From Prasinococcaceae sp. CCMP 1430 (lineage: Eukaryota > Plantae > Prasinodermophyta), in NCBI GenBank assembly GCA_013416795.1, contig RQSC01000031.1, positions 424,767-453,059 of the forward strand: DNA of 28,293 nucleotides, written 5' to 3'. A program made the translations under genes and the position numbers. Below, piece by piece: positions 1 to 9,173 of this stretch (position 1 is its first letter; each line of letters opens with the position of its first letter). A model generated the notes under the pieces. That model searched no databases. It saw only the letters and a list, made by a program, of their open reading frames with translations, and was not told the DNA's origin.

Positions 1-83
1 AGGCCCGGCGGCGCGTGGGGGCGACCGGACCGACGCGCGGCGCGAGGCCACGCAGCTGGGCTCGCCGCCCTGCGACTGGGACG

Positions 84-675
84 ATGGCGCGCGACGGCAG
101 CGCGCCACGGCTCGCCGAGCTCGGGCACGAGTACGCGTACGGCGCGGACGGCACGTGTGCGTCCTGTGCCGGTGCGCGCGGCGTACCCCTTTCGCAGGCC
201 GCGCTCGACGCCGCCACGGACCTCATGGCACGCGTGCGCGCACGAGGCGGGCTAGATGTCGACACGGCCACCGATGCGGGGGTGGAGCGCGTGCCAGGGG
301 CAAGCGCCAGCACCATGGCTGGCAGCTACGGTGGCAAAATGCTCGGCGTGCTCGTGGGGACTCACCGAGGTGGGTGGGCGCGCGTTCTGCGCGCGTTCTA
401 CGCGCACGCGTAGTTACGTGGTCCGTCGCGTGCTGACGCGAGCACTTTCGCCCGCTGCACGTGTCCCTGCCCCATCCCCCGCCGCCTCCGCGACAGAGAC
501 TGGCGAGCGGGTGACTTTGAAGGCGTTCTCAGGCCAGTTACCTCCCGGCCCCGCTACGTCGTGCGTGACAGCATCCTCCTCAGAGCCCGCGCTCGGCAGC
601 TGGTACCTCGAGGGGTGGGCGCCGCCGCTCGCGCGCGTCACGCATCACACGAGCGAGTACCGAGCGGTGACGGCG
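84..675 (+). CDS. 5' fragment of a long-form RluA-family pseudouridine synthase-like gene (exon 84-369, intron 370-496, exon 497-~675); truncated where it runs into GLYK sequence
   Basis: Splicing GT370..AG496 (branch CTGAC ~433) joins 'GGKMLGVLVGTHR' in frame to 'ETGERVTLKAFSGQL...EGWAPP'. This matches the remembered N-terminal GKM(F/Y)GVL...AFSG.L...G(W/F)VPP signature of bacterial long RluA proteins. No catalytic domain follows. Confidence 0.55.
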
Positions 676-1103
676 CGGACGCGCGCGTCGACGTCGCCGC
701 CGTCGGCGAGCGCATCTGCGCCGACCTGGGCTTCGACGCGGGCGCGCTCACCGAGCAGCAGGCGCGCCGCGTGTACCACTACTACGTCCCCGTGTACGCG
801 TGGGTGGAGCGCCTGCGCGCCGCCAAGCGCGCCGCGGGCGACGACGCGCCGCTCGTGGTGGGCCTCTCGGCGCCGCAGGGCTGCGGCAAGACCACAATCA
901 CAGAGGAGCTCATCGGGCTGTTCGCGACGGACGGCCGCGCGGCGACGTGCGTCTCCGTTGACGACTTCTATCTGACGTACGAGGAGCAGACCGCGCTCGC
1001 GGCGGCGGAGGGCAACCCGCTGCTCGAGTACCGCGGCAACGCGGGCTCTCACGACCTGAAGCTCGGCGCGAGCACGCTGCGCGCGCTCAAGGGCATCAAC
1101 GAG
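676..1103 (+). CDS. GLYK: D-glycerate 3-kinase, upstream partial copy (N-terminal coding part through the P-loop)
   Basis: Translation '...RVYHYYVPVYAWV...LVVGLSAPQGCGKTT...SVDDFYLT...NPLLEYRGNAGSHDL' matches plant-type GLYK. It ends at a GT donor at 1104, and the downstream exons are absent from this copy. Confidence 0.75.
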
Positions 1104-1978
1104 GTGCGCGCTCGCGCGCGTGCGCGGCCGCGCGCGCACACGCGCGCTTGCGCGCGCGCTCACACGCGCGAGGGCTCCCGGCGCGCGCGCGCGACGCGGC
1201 GGCCCGCGCGCCGACGCCGAAACGCATCGGCGGCGGGCTGCGGGCCCGATGGTGAGGAGCCGCGCGCTGGGGGGAAGTTGGGGGTTGTGTTTGGGGTCAA
1301 AATCGCGTTTTGAGTGCTTTGAAATATCGAAAAGTGAAGAGGGTTCGTATTTCCATGGCATTTCATGTACGTACTGTACGTGTTCGTGTGAGTGGATATG
1401 TGAGCGGGGGAACCCGCCCGCGCGCGAGTGCGCAGAGTCACTCGTGGATGGCGCGGGGAGGCGCGGGGGGGGTGAGGCGCGGTCACTGGCGTGCGCGTGG
1501 GCGTGTGGGTGTGGGGCTGTGGGGGGAGGGTGCTGCGCGCGAGCGAGGCAGGCGACGCGCGCGCGACGCTCGCGCGATATGGTTGCGGCGGCGGCGGCGG
1601 CGCGTCCGCGCNTGGAGCGCCTGCGCGCCGCCAAGCGCGCCGCGGGCGACGACGCGCCGCTCGTGGTGGGCCTCTCGGCGCCGCAGGGCTGCGGCAAGAC
1701 CACAATCACAGAGGAGCTCATCGGGCTGTTCGCGACGGACGGCCGCGCGGCGACGTGCGTCTCCGTTGACGACTTCTATCTGACGTACGAGGAGCAGACC
1801 GCGCTCGCGGCGGCGGAGGGCAACCCGCTGCTCGAGTACCGCGGCAACGCGGGCTCTCACGACCTGAAGCTCGGCGCGAGCACGCTGCGCGCGCTCAAGG
1901 GCATCAACGAGGTGCGCGCTCGCGCGCGTGCGCGGCCGCGCGCGCACACGCGCGCTTGCGCGCGCGCTCACACGCGCG
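805..1978 (+). repeat. Exact 366-bp direct duplication (805-1170 = 1613-1978), the second copy starting right after the single N at 1612
   Basis: The copies appear identical at an offset of 808, including intron sequence. Probably a scaffolding overlap artefact. Confidence 0.85.
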
Positions 1979-2719
1979 CACGCCCCGCTCGCGCGCCCGC
2001 GGCAGGCCGGCGGCGGGGAGGTGCGCGTCCCGCGATATGACAAGACCGCCTTCTCCGGCCGCGGCACGCGCGCGCCGGAGGACGATTGGCCCTCGGTGGC
2101 CGCGCCGCTGGACGTGGTGCTCTTCGAGGGGTGGATGCTGGGCTTCGCGCCGGTGGGTGCCGAGGCGGCGCGCGCGGTGTCGCCGGACCTCGAGGCGGTG
2201 GACGCAAGGCTCGAGGCCTACGCGGAAGAGCTCGAGAGCGTCGTGGATGCGTGGCTCGTCGTCAAGATCGGTGACCCCAACGTGCGTGGTCGGGGAGGCC
2301 GCGCGCGCGCGCGCTTGCGCGTGGGTGTGGGGTGTCTGTGTGTGGGTGAGGGGAGTCGTCCGCTCGACGGAAGCCTGTGCGAGCGTGTGCGTGTTTGCGC
2401 AGACGATTCTGACGAGCCTGTCCGCACGCGCTGTGCTCCCACCACGCTCCTCCCCTTCTTCATCAAACGACCTACCCCTTGTGGTCGACCCTCGCAGTGG
2501 GTGTTCAAGTGGCGCCAGCAAGCGGAGGAGGCAGCGCGCGCCGCGGGCAAGCCCACGCTCACCGACGACGAGGTGCGCGACTTCGTGATGCGATACCAGC
2601 CGGCGTACGAGGCCTACCTGCCGGGGCTATACGCCGACGGCCCGCGGGGTGCCGTGGCCGCGGGCAAGACCGTGCTCATGGTCGAGGTGGAAGAGGACAG
2701 GTCGGTCAAGGAGGCGTAG
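1579..2719 (+). CDS. GLYK: D-glycerate 3-kinase, plant type (exons ~1613-1911, 2006-2281, 2498-2719; possible ATG at 1579 before the N gap)
   Basis: P-loop APQGCGKT, SVDDFYL, RGNAGSHD, PRYDKTAFSGRGTR, VVLFEGWMLGF and WVFKWRQQAE...FVMRYQPAYEAYLPGLY motifs are present. Introns 1912-2005 and 2282-2497 are GT-AG and phase 0. Confidence 0.93.
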
Positions 2720-2961
2720 GCGGCGACGCTGGGGCACGCGGCGTGGGGGACCGCGCGGCGTGGGGGACCGGACGATGCGTGGCGCGCGCGACGCACACGC
2801 GCCGCGGCGTAAGCACCGGGCCTACCTTTGCACGCACGACACCCCCCCCCGCGATGCCGGGCGCGCGCGCGCGAACGAGGGCGCGCACAGTACGAATATT
2901 CAACGCATGAATGCGGCCGGCGCGGCAATGGAACGCGGGCGCGCAGGCCTCGAGCCTTGGC

Positions 2962-4164
2962 CTACATGGCCGGTAAGCCGAGCTCCTTGGCGTTGACAAT
3001 GGAGGGCGAGGCGGAGGGGATGTCGTCCACCGGACCCTCCAGGAAGGGCTTGACGTTGTTGGGGTTGTCCCACACGGGGAGGTCGCTCAGGCGGGCGGCC
3101 ACGTTGGCCGCCGCGATGGTGGCCATGCCGCCGCGCGTGAAGGTGGAGGCCGACGCGATGTGCGGGACCACCACGGCGTTGGCGCACTCGGCGAGGCCGT
3201 CCGCCATCAGCGGCTCGCGCTCAAACACGTCCAGGCCCGCGCGGAACTCTGGGTTGGCCTTGAGGTGCGCCACGAGGGCGGCCTCATCGATGACCTCTCC
3301 GCGCGCGGCGTTAACGAGCGTGGCGTCGGGCTTCATCATCGCCAGGCGCTCGGCGTTCATGAGGTGGTGCGTGGTCTCGTCCATCACGCAGTGCAGCGAC
3401 ACGAGGTCGGCCTCGCGAAGCACCTCCTCCACCGATGAGGCGCGCCTGACGGAGATGGGCTCGTCGCCCTGCGACGCCAGGAAATCGCCGTAGCCCTTGA
3501 AGTACGTCTCGACGTGCGGCTGGTCGAAGAGGTCGTAGTAGATGAAGTCCATTTTGTGGCCCTCCACCATCATCTTGGCGAAGGAGAAGCCGATGCGGCC
3601 CGCGCCGATGATGCCCACCGTCTTGCGCTGCAGGAGCGACCCCACGAAGAGCGTCGGCAGCCAGCCCTTGTACTTGCCGGCACGCATGAAGACATCCGCC
3701 TCGGGCACGCGGCGCGCGGCGGCGAGCGCGAGCGCGGCGGCGAGCTCGGCGGTGGTGTCGGTGAGCACGCCGGGCGTGTTTCCCACGGGGATGCCCACCG
3801 CGGTGGCCGCCGGCACCTTGACGTTGTTGTAGCCCACCGCGTAGTTGGAGAAGGCGCGGCCGCCCGCGGCCGCCAGTGCGCCGAAGGCCTCCTCCGACCA
3901 GTCCTCGGTGAGCTGGCCGATGACGCCGTCGCACTTGTCGCCAATGAGCGCCTTGATGTCGCTCACGGGCAGGATGGGCGTATCGGACGTGCACACCTCG
4001 ACGCGGCAGCCGGCGCTGATGAGGATTTCGCGCCAGCGGTCGCCCGGCAGCTCCTTGGTCACGACGACGCGCTTCTCGCCCGCGGGATTGTGCACGGCGA
4101 CGGGCAGGCCGCCCGCGGCGCCCGCCTCGGGCGCGGCGGACGCGGCGAACGCGCGCGCACCCCG
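2962..4164 (-). CDS. HPR1: Hydroxypyruvate reductase (plant HPR1-type glycerate dehydrogenase); start codon unresolved
   Basis: Near-continuous match to remembered plant HPR1: NP.G..RVV.TK..PG.RW, IGDKCDGVIGQLTEDW, AVGYNNV, GNTPGVLT, GIIGAGRIG, GLDVFE.EP, VVPHIASAS, ASPSIVN.K.LGLP. The frame stays open upstream to a TGA at 4165-4167. Confidence 0.95.
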   Translation of the reverse strand, partial: RGARAFAASAAPEAGAAGGLPVAVHNPAGEKRVVVTKELPGDRWREILISAGCRVEVCTSDTPILPVSDIKALIGDKCDGVIGQLTEDWSEEAFGALAAAGGRAFSNYAVGYNNVKVPAATAVGIPVGNTPGVLTDTTAELAAALALAAARRVPEADVFMRAGKYKGWLPTLFVGSLLQRKTVGIIGAGRIGFSFAKMMVEGHKMDFIYYDLFDQPHVETYFKGYGDFLASQGDEPISVRRASSVEEVLREADLVSLHCVMDETTHHLMNAERLAMMKPDATLVNAARGEVIDEAALVAHLKANPEFRAGLDVFEREPLMADGLAECANAVVVPHIASASTFTRGGMATIAAANVAARLSDLPVWDNPNNVKPFLEGPVDDIPSASPSIVNAKELGLPAM

Positions 4165-5060
4165 TCATCCCCCCCGGCCCCACCGCGCGCGCGCGCGCGC
4201 GCGAGGATAAAACACGGTTTCGTATTTAGGTATTTCCTCACAGGGTCTGATACCAGCGCGCGTCGCCATCAAAACGCACCCGCCGCTGCCGTCGCACCCC
4301 CGCGGGCGCGCGCGGCCACCCGTCTACCATTCCTTGCGCTGAATCCCCCACGGGAGACATCAAGCCCGACGGGATCGCTCGCCGGACACAACAAAATAAG
4401 ATAAACAAAATAAAATAAAAATAATCACGGTGCGCTTCGCCTTTGGAACACACTGCGCGCACACACGAGAAAAACGGGCGCTGCGCCCGTTTCTCGACGT
4501 AAAAACGCGCGCCGCGCGGCGAAAAGATTTCGGCTGCGGCGCGCGCGCGCGCGCGGCGCGCGGCAGAGGGGCGAGGCGCGCGCGGCGTCCCGTTTTTCGA
4601 CGGGACGCAAATGCCGGCGCCCGCGCTATATATGAATATGAATCTTTACGTATATGGCTCGAAATTGAAGCGAAAAAGTTGGCGCTAAATTTGGGGGTCC
4701 GGTTTGTGTGACCGCGAGTGACCGCCACGCGCGCGCGCGTGGCGGTGAGGGGCGACGGCGGTAGATTTGCCTCGCGCCGACCCCGATGTACGCCATCAAA
4801 ACGCACTCGTTTTGTCGGCGTGTCGCGCTCCGGTTTCCCCCCGCCGTCATCAAAACGCGGGGGGATGGGGAAAGAGCGCGCGCGCGCGCGCGCGCGCGCC
4901 ACACGCTGGACGCAGGGGCGCACCCGCACCGCCCCCTTCACCCCCACGCCCCACCGCACCACACCACACGACACAAGCGCTCGGTTGCGGCGCGGCGCGG
5001 CGCGGCGCGGCGCGGGCCGGGGCGGGGTCTAGAGCTCGGGGGGCGGCGGGGGGGGGTTCG
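4165..5060. promoter_or_regulatory. Putative bidirectional promoter region between divergent HPR1 and SGAT
   Basis: Contains AT-rich tracts, repeated CGCCATCAAAACGCAC (4264-4279, 4791-4806, variant 4845-4860), CCCGTTTYTCGACG twice (4486, 4589) and several inverted repeats. Confidence 0.5.
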
Positions 5061-5406
5061 NNNNNNNNNNNNNNNNNNNNNNNNNNNNNNNNNNNNNNNN
5101 NNNNNNNNNNNNNNNNNNNNNNNNNNNNNNNNNNNNNNNNNNNNNNNNNNNNNNNNNNNNNNNNNNNNNNNNNNNNNNNNNNNNNNNNNNNNNNNNNNNN
5201 NNNNGGACGGAAGGCAGCGCGCGCGCCCGCGCCCCTCATGCCCCCGCGGCCACTTGCGGCGCGCCCCACGGCAAGCCGCGGGCGGCACGCGCGCGATGCG
5301 CTCGCCCCCAGCCCCGAGTCACGCTCGCTCTGACCCCTATCGACGCGCCTCTCACCTCACGCGCGCCCCCGCACGCCCCCGCGCGGATGCCCCCCGCGCA
5401 CGGCAG

Positions 5407-6547
5407 GGACCCCTTCTTCCCGCAGCTGACCTTCGGCATTCTCAGGGACCTGAACGAGCTTTTCCAGACCAAGAGCGGCACTTCGTACGTGTTCCCCTCG
5501 ACGGGCACCGGCGCGTGGGAGAGCGCGCTGGCCAACACCATGTCGCCCGGCGATAAGGTCATCATGCCCCGCTACGGCCTCTTCTCGCACCTCTGGATCG
5601 ACCAGGCGCAGCGCCTCGGGCTGGACGTGAACGTGATGGAGGAGCGCTGGGGCAACGGCGCCGACGAGGCGCGCATCGAGGCGGCGCTCAAGGCGGACAC
5701 CAAGGGCGAGATCAAGGCGGTGTGCGTCGTGCACAACGAGACCACCACCGGCGTCACCTCGGACATCGCGGGCGTGCGCCGCGCGATCGACGCCGCCGGC
5801 CACCCCGCGCTGCTCATCGTGGACGGCATCTCGAGCGTGGGCGCGTGCGAGTTCAAGATGGACGACTGGGGCGTCGACGTGGTGGTGACGGGGTCGCAGA
5901 AGGCGCTGTCGCTGCCGACGGGCCTGTCGTTCTGCTGCGTCTCCGAGAAGGCCAAGGAGGCCTCGAAGACGTCAACGCTGCCCAAGGTCTTCTTCAGCTG
6001 GGCGGACATGGACAAGATGAACGCCGAGGGCAACTTCCCGTACACCCCCTCCATCCCGCTGCTGTACGGCCTGCGCGAGCAGCTCGACCGCATGCTGGCG
6101 GAGGGCATGGACAACGTCGTGGCGCGCCACGCCAAGCACGCCGAGGGCGCGCGCCGCGCGGTCGCCGCCTGGGGCCTCGAGCTGCTCTGCACCAACCCGA
6201 GGTGGTACTCCAACTCGCTCACGGTCGTGAGGGGCCCCGAGGGCGTCGACACCACCGACATGGTGCGCTCCATGTGGGCCAAGTACAACCTGTCGCTCGG
6301 CACCGGCCTGGACGAGGTCAAGGGGAAGGTCTTCCGCATCGGGCACCTGGGCGACATGAACGAGGTCATGCTGCTCGGCGCGCTCGCGGGCACCGAGATG
6401 GGCCTCATCGACGCGGGCATGGACATCAAGGCCGGCGCGGGCGTGGGCGCGGCGCTGAGCTACTTCCAGGAGCACAGCGCGCTCATCCCCACGCGCGATA
6501 TCTTCGGTGGCCACGGCGACGTCCCCCTGCAGCGTGCCATGGGGTGA
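5407..6547 (+). CDS. AGT1: Serine:glyoxylate / alanine:glyoxylate aminotransferase (class V PLP enzyme), last exon; the first exon probably lies in the N gap 5061-5204
   Basis: FPSTGTGAWESALANTMSPGD, VCVVHNETTTGV, the PLP lysine motif VTGSQKALSLPTG, PYTPSIPLLYGLR and KVFRIGHLG match plant SGAT. AG acceptor at 5405-5406. The N-terminal PGP motif is missing. Confidence 0.93.
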
Positions 6548-6748
6548 GGGGAAAACGCGCCCTCGGCGTCCACGGCGGATCACACCACCACCAACGCGGA
6601 CCGGGCCCCCGCGCACGATGCCGAGGCCGGCGGGGGGCGCGGGCATGTACTTTTATTATGTAGACACCGGCTGTGTAGCAAGCACGCGCGGGAGCGGCGC
6701 GCGGTCGTGCGGTTTTATTACATGCATGTTTGTTGTTACATCGGGCGG

Positions 6749-8446
6749 TCATTGCGGCGGCAGCTCGAGCGGGGCCGTGCCCTCGGGCGCCCCCCCGCCG
6801 CGTGCGGGCGAGCCCTCCGTGGCCGGAAGCGCAAGGCGCGCGGGAGATTCCGCGCGCCTCGGCGAGGCTGCTCGCGCCGGCGAGGCTGCCCTCCTGCCGC
6901 GCTCCACGCCCTCCTGCGCCCTGGCGAGCGCGTCGTTGAACCTCTCCGCCGCAACCACAGGCCTGGGCAGCAGGTACGATGGCGACGGCACGGCAAGCAT
7001 CTCGGTGAACTGCCCAACTGGCATGGCATCGAAGCGCTGCGGGTCGTAGAGAGCGTCGAAGGTGGCGTGCGCGCGCTGCCGCGGGAGAGAGCGCGCGAGC
7101 CCCGCCAGGAACTTGCGCTCGAGCTGCGGGAACGCCTCGGTGCGACGGCGCACGTGGCCCAGCGGGTACTCAACCTCAATCTTGGGGGTGGAGGTCCTGT
7201 CGCCGAAGTGGACCTGCACGGCGTTCGTGCAGGACCGTCGGTCGGCGTCGAGGTATGCCGCCGAGTACTGTGGGTTCTCGAGCACCTGCGTGCGCTTCCT
7301 CAGCATGTCGATGCGCGGGTCCATCGCCACGGCGTCCGAGTAGTGCTCCGAGGTCAGCGTGCCGTATAGCAGCGCCACCGCCACCATGTACTGCAGGCAG
7401 TGGTCGCGGTCGCCCGGGTTGCGCAGCGGGCCCGTCTTTTCGATGAGCCGCAGCGTCGAGCGCGTCGTGTGAATGACCACCGAGTGCACCTCGTCGAAGC
7501 GGTGCACCACCAGCGGGTGCAGCTGCATGCCGGCCTCGACTGCCGTCTGTGCGTGGCACTCGCCTGGGTACTCCGGGCGGAAGAGCACGTGCTCGGCGAT
7601 GTGTGTGCCGAACTCGCGAGAGACGGCCAGCTCGGTGCGCCGGAAGAAGACGTCGTAGAAGCCCCACACAGGCGCGCTGAGCACCAGCTCGTAGCCCGCC
7701 TCGCCGCGCATCGCCATGAGGGCGTGGAAGACCGCGCGCTCGGCCGCGTCGCCCTCCGCCCACGCCTTACGCGATCCCACGTTGGGGTAGTGTCGGAAGG
7801 CGCGCAGGCTTGCGCCGTCAGCGAAAGCCTGCGATGCCGCCGCCACCACCTGGTCGTGCCCGCCGCCCAGCATAGCCGCACATGCCGCCGCACATGCGAC
7901 GCGCGTGTACACGGTGCCATCCACGCCGATCTGATTGAGCGAGTTCTCCAGCGCGAGCACGCCGACCACCTCGTACGCCTTCACGCTGTAGTCGAGGACG
8001 TCGCGCATGAGCAGCGGCGGCAGGCCCTGCGAGAGGCGCACATTGGACAAGTAATCGGCGCAGCACAGCACGGCGCCCACGCAGCTGGACGGGCGTACCC
8101 ACTCAGCCGCCAGAAACGCGTCGCCGAACTCCTGCCAGGCGGCCGCCGTCGCCACGCAGAACGCCCCGCGCGCCGGGTCGAGCACGTGCGACGTGCCGGG
8201 CACGCGACAACCGTTAGGGACCACCGTGCCGGGCACTAGCGGGCCCAGAAGCTTGGCGCAGTCCGGGTCGGCCGCGCTCGCGAGCACGCAACTGATGGCA
8301 TCGAGCACGGCGTAGCGCACGGTCTTGATGGCCTCGGGCGAGGTCACCTGATAGTCGAGCATGTACTTGGCGATGTCCTCGAGGAGCTCGTCCGTGCCGA
8401 ACGAGACGGGTTTGATCGCCGAGGCAGACACGCCCGCCGCAGCCAT
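6749..8446 (-). CDS. prpD: 2-methylcitrate dehydratase (MmgE/PrpD family) homolog with substituted active-site residues; intronless
   Basis: KLLGPLVPGTVVPNG.RVPGT, LAAEW, RH.PN.G.RK.WA.GDA, APVWGFYDV, GPL.NP.DRDHC.QYMVA and VEYP.GH.RRR match E. coli-type PrpD. ATG at 8446, TGA at 6749-6751. Confidence 0.88.
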   Translation of the reverse strand: MAAAGVSASAIKPVSFGTDELLEDIAKYMLDYQVTSPEAIKTVRYAVLDAISCVLASAADPDCAKLLGPLVPGTVVPNGCRVPGTSHVLDPARGAFCVATAAAWQEFGDAFLAAEWVRPSSCVGAVLCCADYLSNVRLSQGLPPLLMRDVLDYSVKAYEVVGVLALENSLNQIGVDGTVYTRVACAAACAAMLGGGHDQVVAAASQAFADGASLRAFRHYPNVGSRKAWAEGDAAERAVFHALMAMRGEAGYELVLSAPVWGFYDVFFRRTELAVSREFGTHIAEHVLFRPEYPGECHAQTAVEAGMQLHPLVVHRFDEVHSVVIHTTRSTLRLIEKTGPLRNPGDRDHCLQYMVAVALLYGTLTSEHYSDAVAMDPRIDMLRKRTQVLENPQYSAAYLDADRRSCTNAVQVHFGDRTSTPKIEVEYPLGHVRRRTEAFPQLERKFLAGLARSLPRQRAHATFDALYDPQRFDAMPVGQFTEMLAVPSPSYLLPRPVVAAERFNDALARAQEGVERGRRAASPARAASPRRAESPARLALPATEGSPARGGGAPEGTAPLELPPQ

Positions 8447-8669
8447 CGCGGCCGCCGTGGGCGAGAGGTGGGCGAGATGGGTGGGCCGCCGAGGCGCGGG
8501 CGAGCGCGCGGCCAGGCGCCGTCGAGGCGGACGCCGTTGCGCTGCCGCCGTCGCCGCCGCCCCTACTGCCTCCACCGCCGCCTCTGCCTGCACGCGCTCA
8601 CGCGCCCCCACGCGCTCGCTTGCCGCCCCCGCGCTGCCGCCGCGCGTCTCATACGCCTGCGCGCCCGNC

Positions 8670-9173
8670 GAGCTGAAGAAGCTCGTGTACCTCTACCTAA
8701 TCAACTACGCCAAGACGCAGCCGGACCTCGCGATCATGGCGGTGAACACGTTCGTCAAGGACACGCAGGATCCCAACCCGCTCATTCGCGCGCTGGCCGT
8801 GCGCACGATGGGCTGCATCCGCGTGGACAAGATCACTGAGTACCTGTGCGACCCGCTGCAGCGCTGCCTGCGCGACGAGGATCCCTACGTGCGCAAGACA
8901 GCGGCAGTGTGCGTGGCCAAGCTCTTCGACATCTCGGCGGAGCTCGTGCAGGAGCGCGGCTTCCTCGATGCGCTAGTCGACATGCTGGCTGACTCGAACC
9001 CGATGGTCGTCGCCAACGCAGTCGCCGCGCTCACGGAGATCTCAGATGCCTCGAGCCGCCCAGTGTTCCAGGTCAACCAGAACACCCTCTTCAAGCTGCT
9101 CGCCGCGCTCAATGAATGCACTGAGTGGGGCCAAGTCTTCATCCTGGATGCCATCACCAGCTACAAGGCGCGC
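8670..9173 (+). CDS. Internal fragment of AP-1/AP-2 complex beta-adaptin
   Basis: [61 protein letters not shown]...[17 protein letters not shown] is the conserved beta-adaptin N-terminal trunk. It begins at the N at 8668, and homology stops abruptly at ~9173. Confidence 0.9.

Noticed and set aside
805-1978. Tandem GLYK gene duplication
   Set aside because: The copies appear identical, including intron sequence, and the second starts exactly at a single-N scaffold join. An unmerged contig overlap is the simpler explanation.
4876-4898. (GC)n run as a special Z-DNA element
   Set aside because: Such runs are pervasive in all non-coding parts of the window and reflect genome-wide composition.
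6713-6740. TGTAA chlorophyte poly(A) signals downstream of prpD (minus strand)
   Set aside because: Two copies are visible, but I did not see the motif consistently behind the other genes, so it is not supportable without transcript ends.
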